Positions 38,597-50,165 of a stretch of 64,000 nt of DNA are shown piece by piece. The translations under genes were made by a program, and so were the position numbers. Numbering within the stretch: the stretch's first letter is position 1; each line of letters starts with the position of its first letter. The notes under the pieces were generated by a model. That model did no database searches, was not told where the DNA came from, and saw nothing but the letters and a program-made list of their open reading frames with translations. This DNA is from Nannocystis bainbridge (GTDB lineage: Bacteria; Myxococcota_A; Polyangia; Nannocystales; Nannocystaceae). The stretch lies in NCBI RefSeq assembly GCF_028368995.1, contig NZ_JAQNDL010000001.1:2080001-2144000 (forward strand), given 5' to 3'.

Positions 38597-38738
38597 GCGT
38601 CCCTATAACACGACCACGCCGGCCCGGAGATTTCCAGGCCGGGAGGCCGGGCAAGCGGGCCGCAAATGTGGGCGAACGCGCTTGCGTTCACCGTCACAAT
38701 TCTCCCCCGCGGGGCTTGCGTTGAGTAGGATGCCGCCC

Positions 38739-39257
38739 ATGCGCAAGCACCCCTCTCGCATTTTCGCGGCCGTCGCGGCCGTCGGCCTCAGCGCCTCCCT
38801 GAGCGCTTGTTCGGTGAAGCCCGGCGAATACCGGATCTACAAGATCACCGCTCTGCCCCAGCAGATGGGCGCCGACTGCGGCACGAACCCCGATCCGCGT
38901 GACTCGACCACGTTCTTCGGCGCCAGCACGATCCAGATCTTCGCCACCGACCCCGACGATTACTTCCTCGAGTACGGCACCGACGTGATCATCGGTTCGC
39001 GCTCCGGCACCGATTACACCTTTGAAGGCGACGAGGTCCTGGTCGAGGACCCGATCGACGGCACCACCGTCACGACCACGCGCAGCCTCGACGTCGCCAT
39101 CTCGATCAAGGGCTACAAGATCACCGCCGACTACGTCTCCTTCACCTCGACGGTGTGCGGCGGCAACTGTGACGGCTTCGAGAACGCCCAGTGCACCGTC
39201 ACCGGCTCGTTCTTCGGCGCCGAGCTGAAGGACGTCGAGCTCGAGCGGCCGGTCTGA
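38739..39257 (+). CDS. Lipoprotein
   Basis: LSASLSAC lipobox; beta-rich domain. Confidence 0.8.
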   Translation: MRKHPSRIFAAVAAVGLSASLSACSVKPGEYRIYKITALPQQMGADCGTNPDPRDSTTFFGASTIQIFATDPDDYFLEYGTDVIIGSRSGTDYTFEGDEVLVEDPIDGTTVTTTRSLDVAISIKGYKITADYVSFTSTVCGGNCDGFENAQCTVTGSFFGAELKDVELERPV

Positions 39258-39266
39258 GCCCCCCTC

Positions 39267-41102
39267 TCAGAACAGCCCGTGAAGCGGTCCGCTCGGGGCC
39301 GCCCATTCGAGGACTCGGCGGGTCACCGCCGGGTCCTCGATCAATTGCGGGGCGTGGTGCGGCTTGCGGCGGGCGTCGATCACCAGCGCGCCCTCGCAGC
39401 CCCAGTGCTTGTGGACCGTGCGCGCCGCGACCCCGTCGATGTCGACCGCCGGGTTCATGCGGGTGAACGTCGCCCACAAGAAGTTGTTGAGCGTGCGCGC
39501 CGCGAACTCGCTGTCGTCGACCAGCACCACCAGCGGGAAGCCGGCCATCGGATCGTTCGGCGCCAGCGCGGCGCAGAACCGCTGCAGCGCCCCGTCGCCG
39601 GGCACCGTGCACTCCGGGCTCGTCACCGCCAGCACCCCGGGCATGCACACGCGCGGGTCCGAGAAGCCCGCCGGCAGCCGCAGCTCGGCCGGCACCTCCG
39701 TCGCCAGCGCGCGGCGGGGCGCCCCGACGGCCGCGATCACCACCTTGCTGCCGACATTGAGCCCGCCGCCCGAGTAGTCGAGCGTGTCGATGGTCGTCTC
39801 GGTGTGGAAATGCAGGTCGCGGCGCCAGTCGACGCGCTCGAGGACATGTCCGAAGAAACCTGTCACATCGTGCAGGTCGAGGTTCGGCGCGTCGTCGGCC
39901 GCGGCGATGATGAGCACTTTGGCCAGCGACATCTGGCCCTGGCCGAGGATCGCGCTGGCCTGCGTCAGCAGCTCGGCGGGGCGGTCGCGCGGGGCGTAGG
40001 GCGTGTAGCGCTCGCTGCCGAGGGCCAGCAGCAGCGGGTGGACCCCGGCCGCGTCGACCGCATGGACCGCCTGCACCCCGGGGATCACCGCCGGGATCGC
40101 CGGCCCCGTGATCTCGTGGATGATCGCGCCGAATTGCGTGTCCTCTTGCGGCGGCCGCCCGACCACCGTAAACGGCCAGATCGCGTCCTCGCGGGCGTAC
40201 ACCTTGTCGACCCGCAGCACCGGGAAATCGTGCGTCAGGCTGTAGTAGCCGAGGTGGTCGCCGAACGGCCCCTCGGGCAGGCGCAGCTCGGGGTCGACGG
40301 TGCCGCAGATGACGAAGTCGGCCTCGCCGGCGAACGGCAGCGCACCTGGCCTTTGGACCATGCGCACCCGTCGCCCCGCCAGCGCCCCCGCGAACGCCAG
40401 CTCCGGCAGCCCCTCGGGCAGGGGCATCACCGCCGCCAGCGCCATCGCTGGCGGGCCGCCGACGAAGATGTTGACGCGCAGCGGCTCGCCCTTGCGGATC
40501 GCCGCCGCGTGGTGGACCCCGATCCCGCGGTGGATCTGGTAGTGCAGCCCGATCTGGCGGTCCTGCGCGTAGCGGTTGCCGCCCAGCTGGACGCGGTACA
40601 TCCCGAGGTTGCTCTTCATCCACCCGGGCTTGTCGGGGTCCTCGCTGTAGACCTGCGGCAGGGTGATGAACGGCCCGCCGTCGCGCGGCCACGAGACCTG
40701 CTGCGGCAGGTCGGAGATCCGGATCTCGCGCGCCATGACGGGCCCGGAGCCGACGAACTTCGGCCGCGCGTGCCAGCCCGTGCGGAGCAGGCCCAGGTAG
40801 CGCCACGGCCGACGCATCACCGCCCCGGGGTCGCCGCGCAGGGCCACCAATTGCTTCACCTGCGCCAGCGTGTCGCGAAAAATGAACTGTGTGCGGGCGG
40901 CCGTCCCGAACAGGTTGCTCACCATCGGGAATCCGCTGCCCTTGACCCGCGTGAACAGCAGCGCCGGACCGCCGGCCGCGAAGACGCGGCGCTGGATCTC
41001 CGCCGCCTCGAGGTTCGGGTCCACCTCGACATCGACGCGCGCGAGGTGACCGTGCCGCTCGAGGTCGGTCACACACGCGCGCAGCGATCGATAAGCGCTC
41101 AT
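39267..41102 (-). CDS. UbiD-family prFMN-dependent decarboxylase
   Basis: DGGPFITLP, NLGMYR, EGPFGDHLGYY, VVGRPPQED. Confidence 0.92.
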   Translation of the reverse strand: MSAYRSLRACVTDLERHGHLARVDVEVDPNLEAAEIQRRVFAAGGPALLFTRVKGSGFPMVSNLFGTAARTQFIFRDTLAQVKQLVALRGDPGAVMRRPWRYLGLLRTGWHARPKFVGSGPVMAREIRISDLPQQVSWPRDGGPFITLPQVYSEDPDKPGWMKSNLGMYRVQLGGNRYAQDRQIGLHYQIHRGIGVHHAAAIRKGEPLRVNIFVGGPPAMALAAVMPLPEGLPELAFAGALAGRRVRMVQRPGALPFAGEADFVICGTVDPELRLPEGPFGDHLGYYSLTHDFPVLRVDKVYAREDAIWPFTVVGRPPQEDTQFGAIIHEITGPAIPAVIPGVQAVHAVDAAGVHPLLLALGSERYTPYAPRDRPAELLTQASAILGQGQMSLAKVLIIAAADDAPNLDLHDVTGFFGHVLERVDWRRDLHFHTETTIDTLDYSGGGLNVGSKVVIAAVGAPRRALATEVPAELRLPAGFSDPRVCMPGVLAVTSPECTVPGDGALQRFCAALAPNDPMAGFPLVVLVDDSEFAARTLNNFLWATFTRMNPAVDIDGVAARTVHKHWGCEGALVIDARRKPHHAPQLIEDPAVTRRVLEWAAPSGPLHGLF

Positions 41103-41124
41103 TCCGCCGTCGTGGCAGGGGCCT

Positions 41125-41152
41125 CGGCGCCTGTCTTTCGAGACAGGCGCCG
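41125..41152. terminator. Hairpin with a TGTC-N6-GACA core
   Basis: CGGCGCCTGTCT-TTCG-AGACAGGCGCCG just after the 41164 stop. Confidence 0.55.
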
Positions 41153-41163
41153 GGGCGCTCGCA

Positions 41164-42087
41164 TCACATGCAGACCGAGCCGACCAGCGCGCCCATGTCG
41201 AGGTCGACCGCCGGGTCGCTGCACTGCTGGCCCATCGGGCAGTCCGAGTCGGCGTTGCACTCGCCGCAGACGCCGAGCTTGAGCAGGCCCATCACGCTGG
41301 CCTCGCCGCAGAAGCCCGACTCGCAGGCCTTGTTGCCGGCCGGGTTGCCGCCGTCGTCCTCGAGCGAGCAGCCGAGGTTGGCGGGGACCGAGCCGTCGGC
41401 GACGCAGTCGAGCTTGCCCTTGAAGTTGGGCACGTCGTAGGTCGGGCTGCAGTTGGCCAGGCCGGCGTCGGTGCAGTCGGCGTTGACCTTGCACTGGCCG
41501 CAGGTGGCGACGGTGATGATGCCGGGGACCTCGAGCAGGGTCCCGCAGATGCCGTTCTCGGCCTCGACGCAGACCTCGTCGCTCATGCAGCCCTCGCCAG
41601 CGGCGCCATCGTTGCAGGTCGCGCCGACGCCGGCGATCGGGTTCGGCACGGAGCAGCCGCCGGGGGCGCAGTCGGCATCGGCGAGGCACTCGCCGCAGAA
41701 GCCGCCGAGCGCGGGGACCACGAAGCACTTCTCGGTGTCGCAGCCGCAGCCCGACGAGTCGGTGCACGGGCTGTTGACCGGCTGGTCCTCCATGTCCTGG
41801 CACAGCGAGCCGGTCGTGACCGTCGTCGCGGTGGTGGTGGTGGAGGTCGTCGGCTCGTCGGTGGTCGCGGCGGTCTCGGTGCCGGACTCGGTGCCGGTGG
41901 GCTCCGGGTTCGTGGTCGTCGGCGTGTTGGTCGTCGTCGAGTCGCCCATCGTCGCGTCGGTCGTCGTCGGCGCGGTGGTCGCGTCGGTGGCCGAGGCGGA
42001 GTCGCCCCTGTCGTCGCCGCAGGCGGTGGTGGTCAAGGAAAGCGCCAGCGCGCTGGCGAAGAGGAAGCGCAGGTTGGTACAGGTCAT
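41164..42087 (-). CDS. Thr-rich, Cys-repeat lipoprotein
   Basis: TTTACGDD lipobox; repeated CGEC..D.DC. Confidence 0.85.
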   Translation of the reverse strand: MTCTNLRFLFASALALSLTTTACGDDRGDSASATDATTAPTTTDATMGDSTTTNTPTTTNPEPTGTESGTETAATTDEPTTSTTTTATTVTTGSLCQDMEDQPVNSPCTDSSGCGCDTEKCFVVPALGGFCGECLADADCAPGGCSVPNPIAGVGATCNDGAAGEGCMSDEVCVEAENGICGTLLEVPGIITVATCGQCKVNADCTDAGLANCSPTYDVPNFKGKLDCVADGSVPANLGCSLEDDGGNPAGNKACESGFCGEASVMGLLKLGVCGECNADSDCPMGQQCSDPAVDLDMGALVGSVCM

Positions 42088-42491
42088 CGCGGTCTCCGTG
42101 GGGGCGTCCCCCAACTCGATAGGATCAAACTCGAAACAGGATTTAGAGAACCAGGGTCCGCAGCCCCGCAGGGCGGACGGAGCGCCCCCGCAGGAGCTGC
42201 AGGAGCAAGGATCGGGCCCGGCGGGCCGTGCAGGAACCAGGGGTTCAGCCGCAAGAGTACACGGTTCAGGATCGGCAGACCGCCAGGGCCGGGGAGCGGG
42301 CGGCCATCAAGGCCGTGGGACGTGAAGCGATCGTCATGGAACGGGGCTCTGGCGGCCCGACTCGGGGATCTTCGCCTTACTACTCCGCTCCTCCATGCCG
42401 GCGCAAGTCCCCGCCGAAAGCGCCCGCGAACCGCGCAACTGCAGCGCATTCGGGCGCGTATGCGCCGCGTCTCGAGCTAGAGTGGCGAGTG

Positions 42492-43358
42492 ATGAACCCC
42501 ACCGTTCGCTGCGGCCTCATCCAGTGCAGTAATCCCATCAACGACGAGAGCGTCCCGGTCAAGGAGATCCAGCAGGCCATGCTCGACAAGCACCTGCCCT
42601 TCCTGAAGGAAGCCGGCCGGCGCGGCGTGCAGATCCTCTGCCTGCAAGAGATCTTCAACGGACCGTACTTCTGCCCGGGTCAAGACCGTCGCTGGTACGC
42701 GGCCGCCGAGCCGATTCCGGGGCCCACGACCGCGCTGATGCAGGAGTACGCGAAGTCGCTCGGCATGGCGATCGTCGTCCCGCTCTACGAGGAGGCGATG
42801 CGCGGCGTCTACTACAACACCGCGGCCGTGGTCGACGCCGACGGCACATACCTCGGCAAGTACCGCAAGCAGCACATCCCGCAGACCTCGGGGTTCTGGG
42901 AGAAGTTCTTCTTCAAGCCCGGTGACCTCGGGTACCCGGTCTTCCGCACGCAGTTCGCGACCATCGGGGTCTACATTTGCTACGACCGCCACTTCCCGGA
43001 GGGGGCCCGCGCCCTCGGGCTCAACGGCGCCGAGATCGTGTTCAACCCGAGCGCGACGGTGGCGGGTCTGAGCCAGTACCTGTGGAAGCTGGAGCAGCCG
43101 GCGCACGCGGTGGCCAACGGCTACTACGTCGGCGCGATCAACCGCGTCGGCACCGAGGCGCCGTGGAACATCGGCAAGTTCTACGGCCACAGCTACTTCG
43201 TCGACCCGCGCGGCAAGTTCCTCGCCGAGGCCAGCGAGGACCAGGACGAGCTCGTGGTCGCCGATCTCGACCTCGCGGTGATCGACGAGGTCCGCCAGAC
43301 CTGGCAGTTCTACCGCGACCGCCGCCCCGAGACCTACGGCGACCTCACCAAGCTGTGA
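42492..43358 (+). CDS. Beta-ureidopropionase (nitrilase family)
   Basis: CLQEIF, KYRKQHIP, FWEKFFF, ICYDRHFPE; adjacent to dihydropyrimidinase. Confidence 0.88.
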   Translation: MNPTVRCGLIQCSNPINDESVPVKEIQQAMLDKHLPFLKEAGRRGVQILCLQEIFNGPYFCPGQDRRWYAAAEPIPGPTTALMQEYAKSLGMAIVVPLYEEAMRGVYYNTAAVVDADGTYLGKYRKQHIPQTSGFWEKFFFKPGDLGYPVFRTQFATIGVYICYDRHFPEGARALGLNGAEIVFNPSATVAGLSQYLWKLEQPAHAVANGYYVGAINRVGTEAPWNIGKFYGHSYFVDPRGKFLAEASEDQDELVVADLDLAVIDEVRQTWQFYRDRRPETYGDLTKL

Positions 43359-43406
43359 GCGCCCGCCGTCCGCTTTCTTGAGCCCCTGTCCCCCGCGAGG
43401 TCTCGC

Positions 43407-44780
43407 ATGCCCGGCATCGTCGTCCGCAACGGTCAAGTCGTCACCGCCCTCGATCAATTCGTCGCCGACATTTACTGCGAGGACGGCAAGATCGTCGCCG
43501 TCGGCGAGAACCTCGAGGTCCCCGCCGGCACCGAGGTCATCGACGCCTCCGGGCAGCTCGTCATGCCGGGCGGCATCGACGCTCACACGCACATGGAGCT
43601 GCCGTTCATGGGCACCGTCAGCTCCGACGATTTCTTCACCGGCACCGCCGCCGGGGTCGCCGGCGGCACCACCTCGATCATCGACTTCATCATCCCGAGC
43701 CGCAACCAGAGCCTCATCGAGGCCCGCGACTTCTGGATGAACAACGCCAAGAAGGCCTGCGCCGACTACGGCTTCCACATGGCCGTGACCTGGTACGGCG
43801 AGCAGGTCGAGCAGGAGATGCGCCGCGTCTACCGCGAGGACGGCATCTCCTCGTTCAAGGTCTTCATGGCCTACACCGGCGCGATCGGGGTCGACGACGA
43901 CGAGATGATCGGCGTCATCGACACCGCCGCCGACCTCGGCGCCCTCGTCACCGCCCACTGCGAGCACGGCCTCGCCGTGCAGGCGCTGCAGCGCAAGCTG
44001 GTCGCCCAGGGCAAGACCAGCCCGCGCCACCACGCCGAGAGCCGGCCGTCATGGGTCGAGGGCGAGGCGACCAACCGCGCGATCATGCTGGCGCGCTGCT
44101 CGGGCCAGCCGATCTACATCGTCCACCTGACCTGCAAGGAGTCGCTCGACGCGGTCGTGCGCGCCCGCCAGGAGGGCCAGCTCGTCTACGTCGAGACCTG
44201 CCCGCAGTACCTGCTGCTCGACGACAGCGTCTACGACAAGCCCGACTTCGAGGGCGCGGCCTACGTCATGAGCCCGCCGATCCGCCCCAAGGGCCACCAG
44301 GAGGCGCTGTGGCACGCGCTGTCGTGCGGCCTCATCCACCACGTCGCCACCGACCACTGCCCGTTCCGCCAACATGACCAAAAGGTCATGGGCCTGCACG
44401 ACTTCACCAAGATCCCCAACGGCGCCGCCGGCATCGAGAATCGCATCGCCCTGATGTACACCTACGGCGTCGCCACCGGCCGGCTCACGCTGAACCAGCT
44501 GGTCGACGTCTGCTGCACCCAGCCGGCCAAGATCTTCGGCCTCTACCCGCGCAAGGGCGCGATCCGGGTCGGCGCCGACGCCGACCTGTTCACCTACGAC
44601 CCCGCCGCCTCGTCGACGATCAGCGCCCGCACCCACCACCAGCGGGTCGACCGCAACATCTTCGAGGGCTTCGCCATCCGCGGCGCCGTCACCAACACCG
44701 TGGTCGCCGGCAAGCTCGCGTTCACCGGCGGCGAGCTCCGCGTCGAGCGCGGCGCCGGCCGCTACCTCCACCGCGTGTGA
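43407..44780 (+). CDS. hydA: Dihydropyrimidinase
   Basis: PGGIDAHTH, SFKVFMAY, ETCPQYL, ATDHCPF, IPNG. Confidence 0.93.
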   Translation: MPGIVVRNGQVVTALDQFVADIYCEDGKIVAVGENLEVPAGTEVIDASGQLVMPGGIDAHTHMELPFMGTVSSDDFFTGTAAGVAGGTTSIIDFIIPSRNQSLIEARDFWMNNAKKACADYGFHMAVTWYGEQVEQEMRRVYREDGISSFKVFMAYTGAIGVDDDEMIGVIDTAADLGALVTAHCEHGLAVQALQRKLVAQGKTSPRHHAESRPSWVEGEATNRAIMLARCSGQPIYIVHLTCKESLDAVVRARQEGQLVYVETCPQYLLLDDSVYDKPDFEGAAYVMSPPIRPKGHQEALWHALSCGLIHHVATDHCPFRQHDQKVMGLHDFTKIPNGAAGIENRIALMYTYGVATGRLTLNQLVDVCCTQPAKIFGLYPRKGAIRVGADADLFTYDPAASSTISARTHHQRVDRNIFEGFAIRGAVTNTVVAGKLAFTGGELRVERGAGRYLHRV

Positions 44781-45065
44781 GGTTTTGGCTGGCCGATCGG
44801 CCATGTCCTGGAAGACAGGCCCACTTCAGCCTGTCCTTTTAGCCATGTGCGCTCGCCGGCGCGCAACGGCTCGCACGCGGGGCATGGCGCACCCGCGTCA
44901 GCCCACGCCGGAGCTGTCCCAACGGACCTGCTGCCAAGGACAGCCGCGCGCGGCGGTCCGCACCTGCCCACGGGCCGATCGCCGCTTCGCGGAACGGTCG
45001 TTCCTGTCCTGCAGGTCACTCGTAAACCCGCCCTTGCGGGAGGCACCTGCGGTATTGTGCGCTGG

Positions 45066-46241
45066 ATGCGTGTCTCGCAAGTCTGGCCTGCTGTCCTGGT
45101 AGCTCTGTACTCGACCCTGGCTCTGGCCCAGTCGCCTGCCATCTCTCCAGGTCCGCGGGGCGAGCCGGCCCCGGCCGCCGCTGTCGAGCCCGTCGCCAGC
45201 GAGCCCGTCGCGCCGGAGGGCCCGAGCGAGGACCCGGCCCCCGCCGCCGCCGACCCGGCCCCCGTGCAGCACACGACCGCCCCGCCCTCGTCGCCCGAGG
45301 GCGTCGCCGACTCGTCGCGCACGCCGATCGTCGAGCCCCGCGCCAAGCCTGACGGCACCGGCGAGCTGCCGCCGCTGCCGGCCCGCCATCGCCTCGTCTA
45401 CAGCAACCTGCTGGTCCTGCGCGTCAACCCGCTCGGCGCCGAGGACCGCTTCACCCTCGGCTACAACCTCCGCCTCTACAACAACGCCAAGCCGCTGTTC
45501 CGCGACGCCTACTTCGGCGTCGGCTTCAGCCCGACCTTCTCGCCGTCGATCACCCGCATCGGCGGCAACATCGACTTCGCCCCGCTGACGATCCTCCGCT
45601 TCCGCGGCGCCTACTACCTCGCCACCTGGTATGGCAGCGATCGCTTCAAGGCCCACCCGTACTCGTCGCCGACGGCCGAGTACGGCCCCGCGAAGCTCAA
45701 GGACGAGGCGGGCACCAGCACTCTCGGCGGTCAGGCCGAGCTCAGCGCGCTGTTCCAGGTCCGCGTCAAGATGATCGCGATCCGCAACGAGGTCACGTTC
45801 TATCACAACAACATCCGCCTCCCGAGCGGCAGCGACGTGTTCTACGACCTGCGCCACGACGTGCTCGTGCCCGGCAAGGGTTGGTTCCTCACCAACGACA
45901 CCGACCTGCTGTACATGACGAAGTTCGGCCTCAACGCCGGCGTCCGCAACTCGCTGGTCCACGTGTTCTACCGCTCGGACATGTACGGCCCCGGCGAGGA
46001 CGCCTCGGTCAACCCCAACACGCCGATGGACCGCCTCGGCCCGGTCCTGACCTACACCTTCTTCGACCGCCCCGAGAAGCGCTTCAACAAGCCCACTCTG
46101 GTGTTCGCCGCCCAGTGGTGGCTAAAGCACCGCTACCGCGGCCAGGGAGCGCCGGGCATGGAAGACCGGATCCACCAGGGCATCCCGCTGTTCCTGCTCG
46201 GCTTCTCGTTCACCGGCGAGCTGGTCAAGAGCAAGCACTGA
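45066..46241 (+). CDS. Secreted or outer-membrane hypothetical protein
   Basis: Signal peptide ending ALA-Q, Pro linker, amphipathic beta-strands. Confidence 0.8.
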   Translation: MRVSQVWPAVLVALYSTLALAQSPAISPGPRGEPAPAAAVEPVASEPVAPEGPSEDPAPAAADPAPVQHTTAPPSSPEGVADSSRTPIVEPRAKPDGTGELPPLPARHRLVYSNLLVLRVNPLGAEDRFTLGYNLRLYNNAKPLFRDAYFGVGFSPTFSPSITRIGGNIDFAPLTILRFRGAYYLATWYGSDRFKAHPYSSPTAEYGPAKLKDEAGTSTLGGQAELSALFQVRVKMIAIRNEVTFYHNNIRLPSGSDVFYDLRHDVLVPGKGWFLTNDTDLLYMTKFGLNAGVRNSLVHVFYRSDMYGPGEDASVNPNTPMDRLGPVLTYTFFDRPEKRFNKPTLVFAAQWWLKHRYRGQGAPGMEDRIHQGIPLFLLGFSFTGELVKSKH

Positions 46242-46453
46242 GCCGCCGCCCCCTCCGAGTCGCCGCGATGCCCCGCGCTCGCGGCGATTTTTTTGCCCGC
46301 GGATCCGCCGGCCTCGCAAACACATGTCCTTTGGGACATGTCCTGAAGACCGCACGCCTCGCGGGTCTGCTCGATCCGCGGGCCCGGGGCGATCGCTCCG
46401 CCCGCGGCGATCTCCTGGAGCAGGCACACCGCGGCCCTGCTACGATCGCGCCG

Positions 46454-47386
46454 ATGACGAAGCGCGACTGGACCACCGCGGGCGCCGGCGGCGAGCCCCT
46501 GTTGCGGGCGCTGGCCGGCTTGCCGGGCTCGGTGTTGACATCGTTCCTGCTGACCCTCGCCGACCTTCGGGCCCGCGAGCGCAGCCCCGCCGACGTGCTC
46601 CGACAGTGGGAGGTCGACACCTTCACCGGCCTCGCCGCCGTCGACCTGCGCCGGCTGCTGCGGGCCGAGCTGCGGCTGCTCGACGCCGCCGCCGGGTTCG
46701 AGGCCGTCGAGCTGGCGCCGCTGGCTCCGCTGGCCACCTGCGCCGCCGTCGGCCCGACCAGCCAGAACAAGATCGTCACCACCATGCGCGGCACCGAGGT
46801 CGTATCCGACTCGACCAATGTCCTCGCGCTCGAGTGTGCCCGTCGACTCCGACGCGACCCCCATACACCCGTGCGATTGGCCACCTGCCAGCGCGTCGTC
46901 CGGGCCCAGGAGGTCCCGCGGCGGCCCGGCTACGCCCACCACTTCAAGCTGTTCTCGCTGGCCACGGCCGGGCGACAGACGCGAGATCATGGTTTTCTGG
47001 TCGATGCCTTGGTCGAGCATGTGCGGACCCTGCTCCGTGGATTCGATCAATTGACCCAGGAAGGTTTCACATTTGGCCGACGGTCCGTCCGCTTGCTGGC
47101 CACCACCGCCCGCAATGCGGTCGCCGATCGCATCGCCGAGCAATTGGCACCAGTCGTCGACCTCGCCCGCAGACCGCTCGATCACGATTATTACGACGGT
47201 CTGCGCTTCATCATCGAGATCGAGGCCCCGGACGGCAGCGTGGTCCCGATCGCCGATGGCGGCGCTTTCGACTGGGTGGCCCGCCTGGCCGCCAACCGCC
47301 GCCTGGTGTTCGTCGCCAGCGGTCTCGGCACCCAGTTGGTGGTCCTGTTGTTCGGAGGCTCGGCCTCTTTACAGTCGCGGAAGTGA
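46454..47386 (+). CDS. Hypothetical protein, possible class II aaRS-like fold
   Basis: QRVVRAQ...GYAHHF, IADGGAFDW and SGLG resemble class II motifs 2 and 3. Confidence 0.7.
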   Translation: MTKRDWTTAGAGGEPLLRALAGLPGSVLTSFLLTLADLRARERSPADVLRQWEVDTFTGLAAVDLRRLLRAELRLLDAAAGFEAVELAPLAPLATCAAVGPTSQNKIVTTMRGTEVVSDSTNVLALECARRLRRDPHTPVRLATCQRVVRAQEVPRRPGYAHHFKLFSLATAGRQTRDHGFLVDALVEHVRTLLRGFDQLTQEGFTFGRRSVRLLATTARNAVADRIAEQLAPVVDLARRPLDHDYYDGLRFIIEIEAPDGSVVPIADGGAFDWVARLAANRRLVFVASGLGTQLVVLLFGGSASLQSRK

Positions 47387-47486
47387 CAGCCATCATTCGC
47401 CGGGCGTGGCCGCTGATCCCTCCGACGTCGCTCGGGCAGAAGGTCCACCGGGCCGCGATGCCGACGGAATCTCGCGCCCCGCAGGT

Positions 47487-48422
47487 ATGGCGGACCGCGG
47501 TCCCGTCAATGGCGCCCGGCACCTGTCCCAACCGCCAGCTGCGGACAATGGCCACCCGCTGCGGCCGCTGCTGCGGACCGGCGCGACCCGGGTCGCGTCG
47601 CGGCTGTCCGGCCCCGCCGCACATGTCCCGTGGGCCATCCTCCACGGCGACGTGCGCGACGGCCTGGCCGCGCTGGCCGACGAGTCGGTCGCCTGCATCG
47701 TCACCAGCCCGCCGTACTTCTGGCAGCGCGACTACGGGGTCGCCGGCCAGCTCGGGCACGAGCCCACCATCGCCGGCTACGTCGCCGCGATGCGCGAGGT
47801 GTTCGCCGCGGCCCGGCGCGTGCTCAAGAAGGACGGCGCGCTGTTCCTCAACCTCGGCGACACCTACTACTCGGCCAAGGGTCGCCCGCACGGCCGCGAC
47901 GACAAGCACCGCGGCCGCATGCTCGCGCGCAGCACCCTGCGCGCGGTCGACGGCCCCGGCCTCGGCCTGCCGCGCAAGAGCCTGATCGGCATCCCCTGGC
48001 GGGTCGCGCTCGCGCTGCAGGAGGACGGCTGGACCCTGCGCAGCGACATCATCTGGAAGCGCCCGGCCACCATGCCCGAGCCGACCGCCCGCGACCGCCC
48101 GTGGAACACCCACGAGCACGTGTTCCTGTTCTCCCTCACCCCGCGCTACCACTTCGACCGCGGCGGCCTCCAGGGCGAAGAGGACATCTGGCAGATCACC
48201 GCCCGCCCCGACAACCCCGCCGCCCACTTCGCCCCGTTCCCCGCCGCCCTCGCCGAGCGCTGCATCCGCACCGGCTGCCGCCCCGGCGGCGTCGTGCTCG
48301 ACCCGTTCGCCGGCTCCGGCACCACCCTCCTGGCCGCCCGCGCCCTCGGTCACCCGGCCGTCGGCATCGAGCTGTCCCCCAGCTACTGCGAGGCCATGGT
48401 CACCGCGCTCGGCGGCACATGA
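47487..48422 (+). CDS. DNA methyltransferase, N4-cytosine/N6-adenine beta class
   Basis: VTSPPY, HFAPFP, LDPFAGSGTT, GIELSP; start uncertain. Confidence 0.88.
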   Translation: MADRGPVNGARHLSQPPAADNGHPLRPLLRTGATRVASRLSGPAAHVPWAILHGDVRDGLAALADESVACIVTSPPYFWQRDYGVAGQLGHEPTIAGYVAAMREVFAAARRVLKKDGALFLNLGDTYYSAKGRPHGRDDKHRGRMLARSTLRAVDGPGLGLPRKSLIGIPWRVALALQEDGWTLRSDIIWKRPATMPEPTARDRPWNTHEHVFLFSLTPRYHFDRGGLQGEEDIWQITARPDNPAAHFAPFPAALAERCIRTGCRPGGVVLDPFAGSGTTLLAARALGHPAVGIELSPSYCEAMVTALGGT

Positions 48423-48461
48423 CCTCGGCGACATGTCGACATGGCCATGTCCGATCGGCCA
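48420..48461. repeat. Three 14-bp palindromic units filling a convergent gap
   Basis: TGACCTCGGCGACA TGTCGACATGGCCA TGTCCGATCGGCCA. Confidence 0.75.
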
Positions 48462-48462
48462 G

Positions 48463-49605
<1,143 letters not shown>

Positions 49606-49625
49606 CGCAGCCTCTTATCGCACAA

Positions 49626-50069
49626 TCACAGGAACGGGGCGACCACCGCCTCCAGCTGCGGCCCGAACACCGCGCCCGGCTGACGGAACGCCAGCGCTCC
49701 GTTCGCGTACACGCACAGCGTCGGGATCGACTGGATCTGCAGCGCCCCCGCCGTCTCGCGGTGCTCCTCCGTGTTCAGCTTCAGCACCAGCAGCTTGCCC
49801 GCGTGCCGGCCCGCGAGGTCGGCGATGTGCGGCGCGAGCTGGCGGCACGGCCCGCACCACGGGGCCCAGAAATCGACCAGAACCGGCACCGGCGAGCTGG
49901 CCACCGCGCGCTGCAGCTCCGCGTCGCTCACGTCCTGCGGGTGCCCGGTGGTGTCGAGCTTCTGCTTGCAGCGCCCGCACTTCGGCGCGTCGAAGCGGCG
50001 CGCGGCCGCGATCTTGTTCAACTGCCCGCACGCCCCGCATCGGAACAACAGCCCGTCGCTCATCGTCAT
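49626..50069 (-). CDS. trxC: Thioredoxin with N-terminal zinc finger
   Basis: CGAC...CGRC and WCGPC. Confidence 0.88.
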   Translation of the reverse strand: MTMSDGLLFRCGACGQLNKIAAARRFDAPKCGRCKQKLDTTGHPQDVSDAELQRAVASSPVPVLVDFWAPWCGPCRQLAPHIADLAGRHAGKLLVLKLNTEEHRETAGALQIQSIPTLCVYANGALAFRQPGAVFGPQLEAVVAPFL

Positions 50070-50165
50070 CACCTCCGCGCGCCTGCGCGCCGGCAAAACT
50101 AGTCACCGCCGTCGACTCTGGCAACCCGAACGAATCTATCGGGCCCGGCGCGCGTACCACTGCCG

